From contig NIVC01000177.1 of NCBI GenBank assembly GCA_002269645.1, positions 194,134 to 258,133 of the forward strand: a stretch of 64,000 nucleotides of DNA. The letters run 5' to 3'. Shown here piece by piece: positions 1-12,800 of this stretch (position 1 is its first letter; the number at the start of each line of letters is the position of its first letter). Position numbers and translations under genes: made by a program. Origin of the DNA: Macrostomum lignano. Taxonomy: Eukaryota. Below the pieces are notes generated by a model. The model made no database searches. It saw nothing but the letters and a program-made list of their open reading frames with translations, and had not been told where the DNA came from.

Positions 1-152
1 CAGCAGAGGCTGCGGCAGCTGAAGCTGAACGCTCCACAGTCAGCGTCTTCATCGATTTAAGGGCCGAGTTTTGGAATCAGATTTTGATAATCGCAGTGGA
101 CGAGTGGAGTTGCTAGGCTTCCCAGTTCGGCCCAGTGTTTCACAGGCTGTAG

Positions 153-1146
153 GCACTGCAGGCTTGGCATCTCCAGATGGAACAGAAACAGGAGTTGCAG
201 AGGAGGCAGCTCTTGTTGTTGAAGATTCCGATTCCCGAAGACCCTTTGATAGCTGGAAATGCTCCTGAACAAGTAGGTGTTAGTAAATCTAGCTCTATTT
301 TTATGACCTTCTCTTCGATGGCACTTGATTAATCCTCCAGAACCAAAAGCAGCTTAGCAATTATCCTAAACACCTTAGCAAAAATTTCAGTTGTTAACCT
401 TAGCACCCTTGTTAACTTAGTTCACCTTAGCAGCAGTCAGCACCTTAGCAACCATCTCGAGCACCTTGCAACCATCTCAAACACCTTAGCAACAGTCTCA
501 AGCTAATCTCAAGCACCATAGTAACAATCTCAAGCAGCTTTGCAACTATTTCAAACAGCTTAGCAACAATCTCAAGCAGCTTATTAACCATCTCAAACAC
601 CTTAGCAACAATCTCAAGCAAATCTCGAGCACCATAGCAACAATTTAAAACACCTTAGAAAGTCTGTAAAACACCTTAGCAACAATATCGAGCAGCTTAG
701 AAACAGTCTCAAATACCTAGCAACAGTCTCAAGCAGCTTAGCAACATATCAAGCAATTCTCGAGCACCTTAGCAACACATCTCAAGCAGCTTAGCAGCCA
801 TCTCAAACATCTTAGCAACCATATCAAGCATTGTTCAGTTATGCCGAATTAATCGCAACAAAACTCATTAACCTTATATACACATTTAGGACACTCCAAA
901 GTCTGCTACTTCCTGTGGTCCGAAGTTCGAGGACTAGGAGGACTAGCTGCTAAAGAGGGGCGACTTGCTCAGCTTTCGTTTGGTTGAGGACGAGCAAGAC
1001 GCCCATGACAACAATACTTATCGAGCAATGCGACCTTCTTTGTTAGAATTAGCTCCCAGAAGCAATTCTGATTGGCTGGCAGCACATTGACTGGCTGCTG
1101 AATTTGTGGCGAAGAGTGAAGCCTCAGCTTGAAGGAGAAGAAGCAG
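153..1146 (+). CDS. Possible further upstream coding exons of the ZNFX1-like gene (~153-272 and ~971-1146)
   Basis: GC-richer islands ending in donor-like sites (CAA|gtaggt at 272/273; GCAG|gtttgt at 1146/1147). Partial readings ALQAWHLQMEQKQELQRRQLLLLKIP and LPEAILIGWQHIDWLLNLWRRVKPQLEGEEA. Frames are broken and no family motif was recognised. Confidence 0.3.
360..830. repeat. Degenerate ~20-22 bp tandem repeat (caccttagcaacaatctcaag)
   Basis: Repeated ttagcaac motif seen directly. Confidence 0.75.
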
Positions 1147-1179
1147 GTTTGTGCCTGTTTTAATGTCTCAAGAGATTTC

Positions 1180-1790
1180 CTATACAAATCTTCCTCTTGA
1201 GATTCCCATATGTAGTTCTCTCATGAGATTTTCCATATTTAAACCCCTCCAATGATTTCTCATATAGAAATCTCCCTCATGAGATTACTTATAAGCAAAT
1301 CTCCCCCGTAAGATTTCTGATAGAAATCTCCCTCATGAGATTTTCTACAAGCAAATCTCCCCCGTAAGATTTCCGATAGAAGTCTCCCTCATGAGATTTC
1401 CTATAAGCAGATCTCCCCGTAAGATTTCCGATAGAAGTCTCCCTCATGAGATTTCCTATAAGCAGATCTCCCCGTAAGATTTCCGATAGAAGTCTCCTTA
1501 TGAGATTTCCTATAAGCAGATCTCCCCGTAAGATTTCCGATAGAAGTCTCCCTCATGAGATTTCCTATAAGCAAATCTCCCGTAAGATTCCGATAGAAGT
1601 CTCCCTCATGAGATTTCCTATAAGCAAATCTCCCCGTAAGATTTCGCGATAGAAATCTCCCCAATAGGATATCATATATACATCTCCCCATAAGATTTCC
1701 CATAGAAATCTCCCTATGAGATTTCCCATATATTAATCCGCCAATGAGGTTTCCGATATACAAATCTCCCACTTTGGTTAGATCTCCCAA
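1180..1790. repeat. ~54-bp minisatellite (agatttcctataagcagatctccccgtaagatttccgatagaagtctccctcatg)
   Basis: Near-identical copies at 1340-1650, degenerate edges. Confidence 0.9.
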
Positions 1791-1815
1791 AGAATTCTCC
1801 CCATGCTCCATGCAG

Positions 1816-4800
1816 AAATCGCGTCGAACTCGGCCGAAGAAGCCGACAAAGATTTCGAAGCGCTGATTGGCTCTCTGCGAGCCAAGCAAATCTGGCGCTC
1901 GCTGATTGGCTGTCACGAGCTGAGCCCAGAGGTCGGATTGAGACTCTGCTCCCTGCTGCCCGAGCTATCTAGCGGAGCCATGGCTCAGTTCTCTGCCTGC
2001 ATTGGAGCCTGCCTGACCCAGCTGCTGCCTCAGTTGCCATCTGAGCAGCAGCAGCAGATGCAGCTGTGGCAGTTTCATCCCAGTCGATACCAGCACACAG
2101 CAGCAGGAGCGCGCATCGCGGTGGCGAAGTATTTATTGGAAAGAATTACTTTCTGTCTGCTCTGCGAAAAGCATTGTTAGTTTAGAATTAAGCTTGCCTT
2201 AGTAATTGAGTGCTTGATTTAATTTAACTACTTTGAGTAGGTAGTTTTAACTTCGAGAATTCGAGTTGTCAGATGGCGCCTAAAAGCGCTAAATTCTGGT
2301 TCGACAGATGGCGCGCCTAAAAAGCGCCGAATAAGGATTGTCGGGTGGCGCTTAAATAGCGTTTGACTGGGGTTGTCAGATGGCGCCTTAAAAAGCGCTA
2401 AATCCGGGGTTGTCAGATGGCGCTTGAAAAGCGCTTGACTTTGGAGTTGTCAGATGGCGCTTGAAAAGCGTCGAATCTTGTGTTGTCAGATGGCGCTTAA
2501 AAGCGTCGAATCTTGTGTTGTCAGATGGCGCTTAAAAGCGTCGAATCTTGTGTTGTCAGATGGCGCTTAAAAGCGTCGAATATTGTGTTGTCAGATGGCG
2601 CTTAAAAAGCGCTTGACTTTGGGGTTGTCAGATGGCGCTTAAAAAGTGCACACCGCAAGGCTGCTCTGCCCCAAAGTTGCTAATGGACTGAAGTTTCCTT
2701 TCTCGTACAATTGTTCCAAATTGCCCAGTACGTCGACTTCCCAACGCCGTTGAGAGCATCGGCGCTTTCGTCGGCCTGTGCACCAGCGACCAGCGCAGAA
2801 CGGCGGCCTACTTGCCCCAGCTGGCTCACGTGGTTGCCGCAGCGGCTTCGCCAGCGCAGCCCCGTCCCTGTCGAAGCCTGTTTCTAAGAATTCTAAGAAA
2901 GCGTCGAACGACCCTGACGACAATAACGACAAGGACGAGCAAGGAATTTCCAGTCTACTGCTGGGCCTGCTTCGCCGACAGATGGGCAGCCGGCTGCCGA
3001 TCTTGGCCTCGACGATGAGGATCTGCGAGACGAGGACGACGAGCAAGGCGGTCAGCGAGACCGCGAAGGCGCCTGGTTGGAACTGCAGCCGGTGCGAGCG
3101 ACGACGAACTGTTGAAAGAGTCTGGCTACCTGCGCGGTCTGGAACCCGTGGTTGTTAAGGGGCCGTATAGGAATGCCGATCATTATTATGATACTTATTT
3201 CAGGTGAGTGATTGTGTGCTTCATCAACTCACGAATGAGATTTTGCTTTTTGATCTAATCTCATGGATGAGATTTTTGTGCAACTCGTTTTCCTCTCATG
3301 GGTGAGATTTCAAAATATATAGTGAGTCTCAGGGTTGAGATTTCAAAATATATAGTGATTCTCAGGGTTGAAATTTCAAAATATATAGTGAGTCTCAGGG
3401 TTGAGATTTCAAAATTCACAATCAGTCTCAGAAATGAGATTTCAAAATCGATAAATTAGTCTTAGGGGTGAGATTTTTAAATTCAACAATCAGTCTTAGA
3501 GATGAGATTTCAAAATCGATAATCAGTCTTAGGGGTGAGATTTCAAAATCGACAGTCAGTCTCAGGGGTGAGATTTCAAAATTCACAATCAGTCTTAGGG
3601 GTGAGATTTCAAAATCGACAGTCAGTCTCAGGGGTGAGATTTCAAAATCCACAATCAGTCTTAGGGGTGAGATTTCAAAATCGATAGTCAGTCTTAGGGG
3701 TGAGATTTCAAAATCCACACTCAGTCTCGGGTGAGATTTCTAAATCCACAGTCAGTCTCTGGGGTGAGATTTTAAAATCCACAATCAGTCTTAGAGATGA
3801 GATTTCAAAATCGATAATCAGTCTTAGGGGTGAGATTTCAAAATCGACAGTCAGTCTCAGGGTGAGATTTCAAAATTCACAATCAGTCTTAGGGGTGAGA
3901 TTTCAAAATCCACACTCAGTCTCGGGTGAGATTTCTAAATCCACAGTCAGTCTCTGGGGTGAGATTTCAACATCGATAATCAGTCTTAGGGGTGAGATTT
4001 CAAAATCCACACTCAGTCTCGGGTGAGATTTCAAAATCCACACTCAGTCTCGGGTGAGATTTCTAAATCCACAGTCAGTCTCTGGGGTGAGATTTTAAAA
4101 TCCACAATCAGTCTTAGAGATGAGATTTCAAAATCGATAATCATTCTTAGGGATGAGATTTCAAAATCGACAGTCAGTCTCAGGGGTGAGATTTCGAAAT
4201 CCACACTCACTGTCACTCAGTCTCGGGTGAGATTTCAAAATCCACAGTCAGTCTCTGGCTGAGATTTTAAAATCCACAATCAGTCTTAGAGATTAGATTT
4301 CAAAATCGATATTCAGTCTTAGGGGTGAGATTTCAAAATTCACAATCAGTCTCAGGGATGTGATTTAAAAATCCACACTCAGTCTCAGGGGTGAGATTTC
4401 AAAATCTTATCTCCAGACTCTACGAGCCGACTGTTTCGAAAAGATTGTCTCCGGCATAGCGGACTATCGAGCTGGTAAACTCGACCCCCGCGACATGCCC
4501 CTGTACGGCCGGGTTCGAGTCTGGGCCGTCCGTTTGAGCATGCACGGCTGCCCTCTGTCAGTGGCTGTGCAATTTACCGAGCTCAACAATCTTGGAGGCG
4601 GCAATCGGTCAAGTATGATGACGAATTGGCGAAAGTCTAGCCGGCTGATGCAGGGCAATCTGGTTTGTCTGTCAACCAACGGTCGATTCGATCCTGAAGG
4701 CGGTCGGTGCCCGCTGATCTGGGCGACAGTTTGCGATAGAAATATCGACGAATTGGAGAAGCACTCGGTGGTGTGGCTGGAGCTGGGCTGCGGTGGAGCT

Positions 4801-7800
4801 GGTGAGGACAATTTGCGGTTAAATTTGCCGCAGATATATTTAGCGACAACCTTATCGACATATTTAGCGACAACCTTATCGACATATTTAGCGACAACCT
4901 TATCGACATATTTAGCGACAACCTTATCGACATGTTTAGCGACAACCTCATCGACATATTTAGTGACAACTTTATCGACATATTTAGCGACAACCTCTTT
5001 GACATATTTAGCGACAAAAACATCGATAAATTTAGCGACAAAAAAATCGACAAATTTAGCGTCAAATTCATCGACATATTTAGTGACAACATTAGTCAGA
5101 ATCAGTGACAAGACTATTGTCAGAATCAGTGACCAGATTAGTTACAAAACAATCACGCAGGTGTCAGCGGCAACCTGACGGACACCTCGGCTCTGCAGGC
5201 CCTGGTCGGCGCAACCCCTGCCGGCACCACCCTGATGGCCGAGTCGCCGTCTCTGTTTCGCGCTTTCGAACCAGTGCTGCGCAGTTTGCAGGCGTGCGGC
5301 GCCGGCTTGAGCGCTACAACAATTTCAAGGCGACGACAACTGCCGCCGTTTCGCTCCGTGTTGGTCGACGCCGACATGAGCGAGGCGAGCGAGAGGCCGC
5401 AGTACATCCAGGAATACTATGGGTTGGTTTCCTGTTGGACATAGCACTTTCTGTGCTGTTCGTGGTTGCGGATGGGGGCGGATGTTGGCGGATTCTGATG
5501 GGGCGGATGTTGGCGGATTCTGATGGGGGCCGATGTTGGCGAATTCTGATGGGGCGGATGTTGGCGGATTTTGATGGGGGCGGATGTTGGCGGATTGTGA
5601 CTGGGGCGGATTCTGATGGGGGCCGATGTTGGCGAATTCTGATGGGGGCGGATGTTGGCGGATTTTGATGGGGGCGGATGTTGGCGGATTCTGATGGGGG
5701 CGGATGTTAGTGGATTCTGATGGGGGTGGATGTTGGCGGATTCTGATGGGCGGATGTTGGCGGATTTTGATGGGGGCGGATGTTGGCGGATTTTGATGGG
5801 GCGGATGTTGGCGGATTCTGATAGGGGCGGATGTTGGCGGATTTTGATAGGGGCGGATGTTGGCGGATTCTGATGGGGGCGGATGTTGGCGGATTCTGAT
5901 GGGGGCGGATGTTGACGGATTCTGATGGGGGCGGATGTTGGCGGATTCTGATGGGGCGGATGTTGGCGGATTGTGATGAGAGGGTGGATTGTGATGGAGG
6001 GGCGGATTGTGATGAGAGGGTGTATTGTGATGGAGGGGTGGATTGTGATGGAGGGGCGGATTGTGATGAGAGGTGTATTGTGATGGAGGGGTGGATTGTG
6101 ATGGAGGGGCGGATTGTGATGAGAGGGTGTATTGTGATGGAGGGGCGGATTGTGATGAGAGGGTGTATTGTGATGGAGGGTGGATTGTGATGGAGGGGCG
6201 GATTGTGATGAATGAAATGAATAGTGCAAATCAAATAGGACGTAGGAATCGAACCCGAGACCTAATTTTGTTTACACCAGACTTGGCGAGCCGCCTCTGC
6301 CAACGATATCCACTGGCTCCATCACCCTGGATCCGTGTCAGAAGGAAGCTCTAACCAACGCTTTGCACCATAAAGTGGCCTTAATCCAGGGCCCTCCAGG
6401 CACCGGCAAAAGTTTCCTAGGTGTACTATTGATTCGCCAGATATTGGCGCTGCCAACCCTGCCCCACGGTCCCGTGCTAGTCATGTCCTACAAGAACCAC
6501 GCGCTGGACGAGTTTCTCATGGACCTCATGGCCCTGCCGGCATGGAAGACAAAGTTGTGCGGGTTGGCGGTCGGTGCAGCAACGCCGAGCTGGAGAAGGT
6601 GTCGTTGAACATACTGCGCAAAGACAAGGTCAAACATCCGAAATCTAAAGCGCTTAATCACGAGTTTTACAGCGTCTACGAAGACGCCGGGCAGAGGCAG
6701 GCTCAGCTGAAGGCGCGGCTGAATCACGTCAGCAGACTGCTGTCTGAGCCTGGCGTCCTGGTGCAGGAGGCGGCCACTCGCGCCCAGCTGCGGACTCTGT
6801 TGGTTAACTGGAGGCCCAGCGTGCTGCATCAGCAAAAACTGCGACAAGAAGCTATTGCTGGTGAGGCTGCTATTTGCTATGTGTAATTAGCTAATTCATT
6901 TTCATACCTTTATTCATTCTTTTTAATAGGACGCCAAGATACCCTTAGAATTGAGACAGATGCTTTAACACCGAAAAGTTACCAAGGCGACAAAACTGTA
7001 ATAAGTACATTCATACGTTCGAACCAACCAACCTGCTCGCTCGCACTCACTCACCCCACACTCACACCCACTCACCCACTCACTCACTCACTCACTCACT
7101 CACTCACTCACTCACCCACTCACTCACCCACTCACTCACTCACTCACTCACTCACTCATTCACTCACTTACTCACCCACTCATCCATCCACTCACTCACT
7201 TACTCACCCACTCATCCATCCACTCATTCACTCACCCACTCATCCATCCACTCACTCATTCACTCACCAACTCATCCATCCACTCACTCATTCACTCACC
7301 AACTCATCCATCCACTCACTCATTCACTCACCAACTCATCCATCCACTCACTCATTCACTCACCAACTCATCCATCCACTCCCTCATTCACTCACCAACT
7401 CATCCATCCACTCACTCATTCACTCACCAACTCATCCATCCACTCACTCATTCACTCACCCACTCATCCATCCACTCACTCATTCACTCACCCACTCATC
7501 CATCCACTCACTCACTCACTCAATCACCCACTCACCCGCCAACTCACCCATCAGAATGGAAAAACCTCCGCAAGCCAATCGAGGATCCCGAAGCTCTTGC
7601 CGCCTGGCTGGATATCCCGCTAGTGCGTCAGGCCGTTCACACCGCCGTGGCCTGCTGGCTCCCAACAAGGAGGAGCGTCGGCAGCACGCGGCCACCGCGG
7701 CGGCCTCGTCAAACTCTGCAGGCGCTGAATCTGTCGAATCTCACATCGCTCGGGTTCTGGCAAATTTTGAACAACGCTTCGGCCAGGTTCTTAGTGGCAA

Positions 7801-9639
7801 AGCTAAAAGCAACAAACAACAACAACAGAAGCAGCAGCAGCAGCAGCCTACAGACGATCCAGTTGATGATGAAGACACTGAAGCAGCTGAGTTCGCTATG
7901 CAACAGCGTCAGAGCGCTTTCATGTTCCAGCTAGGCAAGAAGCGAACCACCGACGTTGTAGTGAAATTTGGTCAGCAAGACGGCCTGACAGCTGGCGGCC
8001 TGATGCTGGAGGCTTCATCTCAGACTGGACGACTAGCCGCTCTGCGAAGCGATCTGTGGCGTTTGGACATCGGCGAGAGGTGCGACCTGTTGCACTACTG
8101 GCTACAGGAGAAGGTCACCGGCTCGATGGCTCAGGTGGAGACGCAGCTGGCCGACTATCTGCAGGTAAGGTCAATAATTGTTTGCAGTAAAATCCAGGTT
8201 TTAAAATTGAGCAGCTGCATTTCGAATAAATCAGTTGCAACTTCTAACGTTAGCGTACACATTTCTAGGAATGGAATTGACATTTCTAGGAATGGAATTG
8301 ACATTTCTAGGAATGGAATTGACATTTCTAGGAATGGAATTGACATTTCTAGGAATGGAATTGACATTTCTAGGAATGGAATTGACATTTCTAGGAATGG
8401 AATTGACATTTTAAGGGATGGAGTTGCATTTCGAAAAATGGAGTTTACGTTTCTAAAAAATAAGTTGATATTTCTAAGAGTACAATTGACTTTTCGAAGA
8501 ATAAGGGTGGACATTTCTAAGAAAAATAGTTGAAATTTCTAAGAATAAGGGTGGACATTTCTAAGAATAAGAGTTGACATTTCTAAGAATAAGAGTTGAC
8601 ATTTCTAAGAATAAGGGTGGACATTTCTAAGAATAAGAGTTGACATTTCTAAGCATAAGGGTAGACATTTCTAAGAATAAGAGTTGACATTTCTAAGCAT
8701 AAGGGTAGACATTTCTAAGAATAAGAGTTGACATTTCTAAGAAAAGACTTGCCATTTCTCAAGAGTTGAAATTTTAAACAAGAGTTGACATTTCTAAGAA
8801 TAAGGGTGGAAATTTCTAAGAATAAGAGTTGAAATTTCTCAAAAAGAGCTGGCATTTCTAAGAAAAGAGTTACCATTTCTCAAGAGTTGATATTTCTAAG
8901 AAAAGAGTTGCATTTTCATGATGTAGGTTGGCACTTCTGCATGTAAGTATGAGGTTAGCATGTATAAAAATCGGGTTGACATTTCTCAGAATTAGGTAGG
9001 TTTACATATCTAAGAACGCAGTTGCCATTTGTAAGACTAAAATTTCTTAGAAACTATTGAATAGTACCGATTTTGTCAAAGCGCTTTCCCTTCACTCTCT
9101 CCAGGTGTCCGAGACCCGTCGCCGACTTCAACGCCGCCACTGCGCCGAGATCGTCAAGTCCAAAAGAATCGTCGGCATGACCATCACGGGTGCCAGCATC
9201 AACAAAGACCTGCTCACCGCCGTCAAACCCGCCGTCATTCTAGTTGAAGAGGCCGCCGAAGTCGGCGAACCCCAGCTACTGTCCTGCCTGACCGACTCCA
9301 CCCAGCATCTCATCCTCATCGGTGATCACAAGCAACTTCGGCCGCAGACTGAGAGCTACGAGTTGCGGATTAAATATCATCTGGATGTCAGCATGTTTGA
9401 AAGACTTATTAACAATGGTCAGTGAGACGAACTTTGTTTTACTGTAGCTCGTAGTAAAACATGCCTAATCATACCAGATCACCCATTATCTGCTCAACCT
9501 AATCACCATCATCATCATCATCATCATCATCTTTATCATCATCATTATCATCATCATCCACATCATTATCGTCATCACCATCATTATCCACATCATTATC
9601 ATCATCATCATCACCATCATTATTATCATCATCATCACC

Positions 9640-9671
<32 letters not shown>

Positions 9672-9678
9672 CATCATT

Positions 9679-9712
<34 letters not shown>

Positions 9713-9777
9713 CCATCATTATTATCATCATCATCATCATCATCATCATCACCATCATCATCATCACCATCATTATT

Positions 9778-9821
<44 letters not shown>

Positions 9822-9830
9822 AATCATCAC

Positions 9831-9873
<43 letters not shown>

Positions 9874-12800
9874 TGCCCTATCAAACTCCAGGCATCGCAT
9901 ACGATCAGCTGGAGTTGCAAAACCGGATGCGACCGGAGTTCTCCCGCCTACTCAAGGATATCTATCCCAATCTGCGCGACAACTTAGCCGTAGTGAGCAA
10001 ACACGAGCAGATCCTGTGCCTAGAGAAGTCAATGTACTTTTGGACGCACAGCTGTCCAGAGATCAGCGATCGCAGCTATACAAACGATGAAGAAGCTCAA
10101 CGAGCGGTGCAGCTGGCCTGCTTCCTGGCCACGGTTGGAGGAGTGGAGCCGGCCAAGATCACCATCATTGCCATGTACAGGGGCCAGACTGCTCTGATTC
10201 GTCGGTACTTAAAGAAGCGCATGATGCTGCTGGGCATCCTGCCTCCAGCTGGACCGTCAGCCGCCTCCGCTGCCGGGCCTGAACTGCCGATATCTGTTCA
10301 TACGGTGGGGTAGATTGGACTGGCAGTGCGGGGCAGATTGGGACTGGGAGGGGCAGATTGTTACTGGGAGTGTGGGGCAGATTGGACTGGCAGTGTGGGG
10401 GCAGATTGGACTGGCAGTGCGGGGCAGATTGGGACTGGCAGTGCGGGGCAGATTGGACTGGCAGTGCGGGGCAGATTGGGACTGGCAGTGCGGGGCAGAT
10501 TGGACTGGCAGTGCGGGGCAGATTGGGACTGGCAGTGCGGGGCAGATTGGGACTGGGAGGGGCAGATTGTTACTGGGAGTGTGCGGTAGATTGGACTGGC
10601 AGTGTGGGGTAGATACTGGCAGTGTGGGATAGATTGTACTGGCAGTGTGGAATAGATTGAACTGGCAGTGTGGGATAGATTGGACTGGCAGTGTGGGATA
10701 GATTGGACTGGCAGTGTGGGATAGATTGGACTGGCAGTGTGGGATAGATTGGACTGGCAGTGTGGGATAGATTGGACTGGCAGTGTGGGATAGATTGGAC
10801 TGGCAGTGTGGGATAGATTGGACTGGCAGTGTGGGATAGATTGGACTGACAGTGTGGGATAGATTGGACTGGCAGTGTGGGATAGATTGGACTGGCAGTG
10901 TGGGATAGATTGGACTGGCAGTGTGGGATAGATTGGACTGGCAGTGTGGGATAGATTGGACTGGCAGTGTGGGATAGATTGGACTGGCAGTGTGGGATAG
11001 ATTGGACTGGCAGTGTGGGATAGATTGGACTGGCAGTGTGGGATAGATTGGACTGGCAGTGTGGGATAGATTGAACTGGCAGTGTGGTGGTAGATTAGAC
11101 TGGTAGTATGGAGCAGATTGGACGGGCAGTGTGGGGTAGATTGGGACTGGGAGAGGCAGATTGGACTAATCTGCCAGACCGAAACCCCATCTCTCAGGTG
11201 GATTTGTACCAAGGCGACGAGAATGACGTCATCATAGTCTCCCTGGTCCGCTCGAACCGGGGCAGCCGCCTCGGCTTCCTCAAAGACCTCAGCCGTCGTT
11301 GCGTTGCTCAGTCACGCGCCCGCCGCGGGATGTACATCCTCGGCAATGCCGACTGTCTGGCCGGCTGCCAGGAGCACCAGCTGTGGCGCAGGCTCATCCA
11401 GTCCATGACTGAAGTTGGCTGTCTGGGCCCGCGCCTGGCGCTGGTCTGTCCGCGCCATCGGGATGCCACTCCGGCGCCTAGGCGGGAAGTGACGGACGCT
11501 AATGAGGTTGGTGATGAATGCTGATTCTGAAGCTGTATACTTAATCCCTGAAGCTGCAACCCAAATCCTTGAAGCTGCATCCCAGATCCCCGAAGCTGCA
11601 TCCCAGATCCCCGAAGCTGCATCCCAGATCCCTGAAGCTGCTTCCCAGATCCCTGAAGCTGCATCCCAGATCCCCGAAGCTGCATCCCAGATCCCCGAAG
11701 CTGCATCCCAGATCCCCGAAGCTGCTTCCCAGATCCCCGAAGCTGCATCCCAGATCCCCGAAGCTGCTTCCCAGATCCCCGAAGCTGCTTCCCAGATCCC
11801 CGAAGCTGCATCCCAGATCCCCGAAGCTGCATCCCAGATCCCCGAAGCTGCATTCCAGATCCCTGAAGCTGCATCCCAGATCCCTGAAGCTGCTTCCCAG
11901 ATCCCTGAAGCTGCATCCAAGATCCATGAAGCTCCTTTCCAGATCCCTGAAGCTGCTTTTCTAATCCCTGAAGCTGCTTCCCTAATCCCTGAAGCTGCTT
12001 TTCTAATCCCTGAAGCTGCTTCCCTAATCCCCGAAGCTGCATCCCAGATCCCTGAAGCTGCATCCCAGATCCCTGAAGCTCCTTTCCAGATCCCTGAAGT
12101 TGCATCCCAGATCCCTGAACCTGCATCCAAGATCCATGAAGCTCCTTTCCAGATCCCTGAAGCTGCTTCCCTAATCCCTAAAGCTGCTTCCCTAATCCCT
12201 GAAGCTGCTTTCCAGATCCCTGAAGCTGCTTCTCAAATCCCTAAAGCTTCTTCCTTAATACCTGAAGCTCCTCCTTAATACCTGAAGCTCCTCCTGAATA
12301 CCTGAAGCTTCATTCCAATCACTGAAGCTAAAAGCCATCGCTAATCAAATAAAAACCTCAGGGCTTCCCAACCAGTCTGGACTTTTGCGACCGCCTGTGC
12401 GATGCCTTCATGGACTGCGGGCAGCACAAGTGCCAGAAGCTGTGCCGCAGCCCCCGGCATTCGCATAAGAATTGCGAGGTCATGGTGGACTTTCTGTACA
12501 ACGGCTGCTCGCATCCGGGACAGCGGAAGTGCAACGAGGATCCTGCGGATCTGCTGTGCCAGGCCAGGGTCAGTTGATGTTGTGACTGAGTGTACATAAC
12601 TGGCGATTAGAAACTCCGGGCGACTGTGTGAGCGTGTGCACGAAAACTACCCATTAGAATCTTGGAAGCTACCTATTAGAATCATTAAGGTACCTATTAG
12701 AATCATGGAAGCTACCCATTAGAATAATAGAAGCTTTCGATTAAAATCATGGAAGCTACCTATCAGAATCATGGAAGCTACCTATTAGAATCATTTAGGT

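Larger units (their letters stand above)
6281..11506 (+). other. Helicase core (SF1B motifs I-VI) of the ZNFX1-like gene
   Basis: Walker A GPPGTGKS at 6390-6413. The EEAAE motif II typical of ZNFX1-like proteins is in exon 9105-9417. Motifs III-VI are in exons 9105-9417, 9892-10304 and 11198-11506. Confidence 0.93.

Noticed and set aside
1816-8164. Calling the helicase gene a pseudogene
   Set aside because: All lesions are one-base losses, mostly in short runs, with no in-frame stops, and the same lesion type hits the BRE1 RING. Assembly error is the simpler explanation, though it is unconfirmed.
9486-9920. Poly-Met / poly-Asp ORFs
   Set aside because: Products of the (ATC)n microsatellite in an intron.
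11308-12278. EAASQIP / GSGMQLR repetitive protein ORFs
   Set aside because: A 21-bp unit is divisible by three and so stays open in several frames on both strands. It lies within intron 11507-12361.
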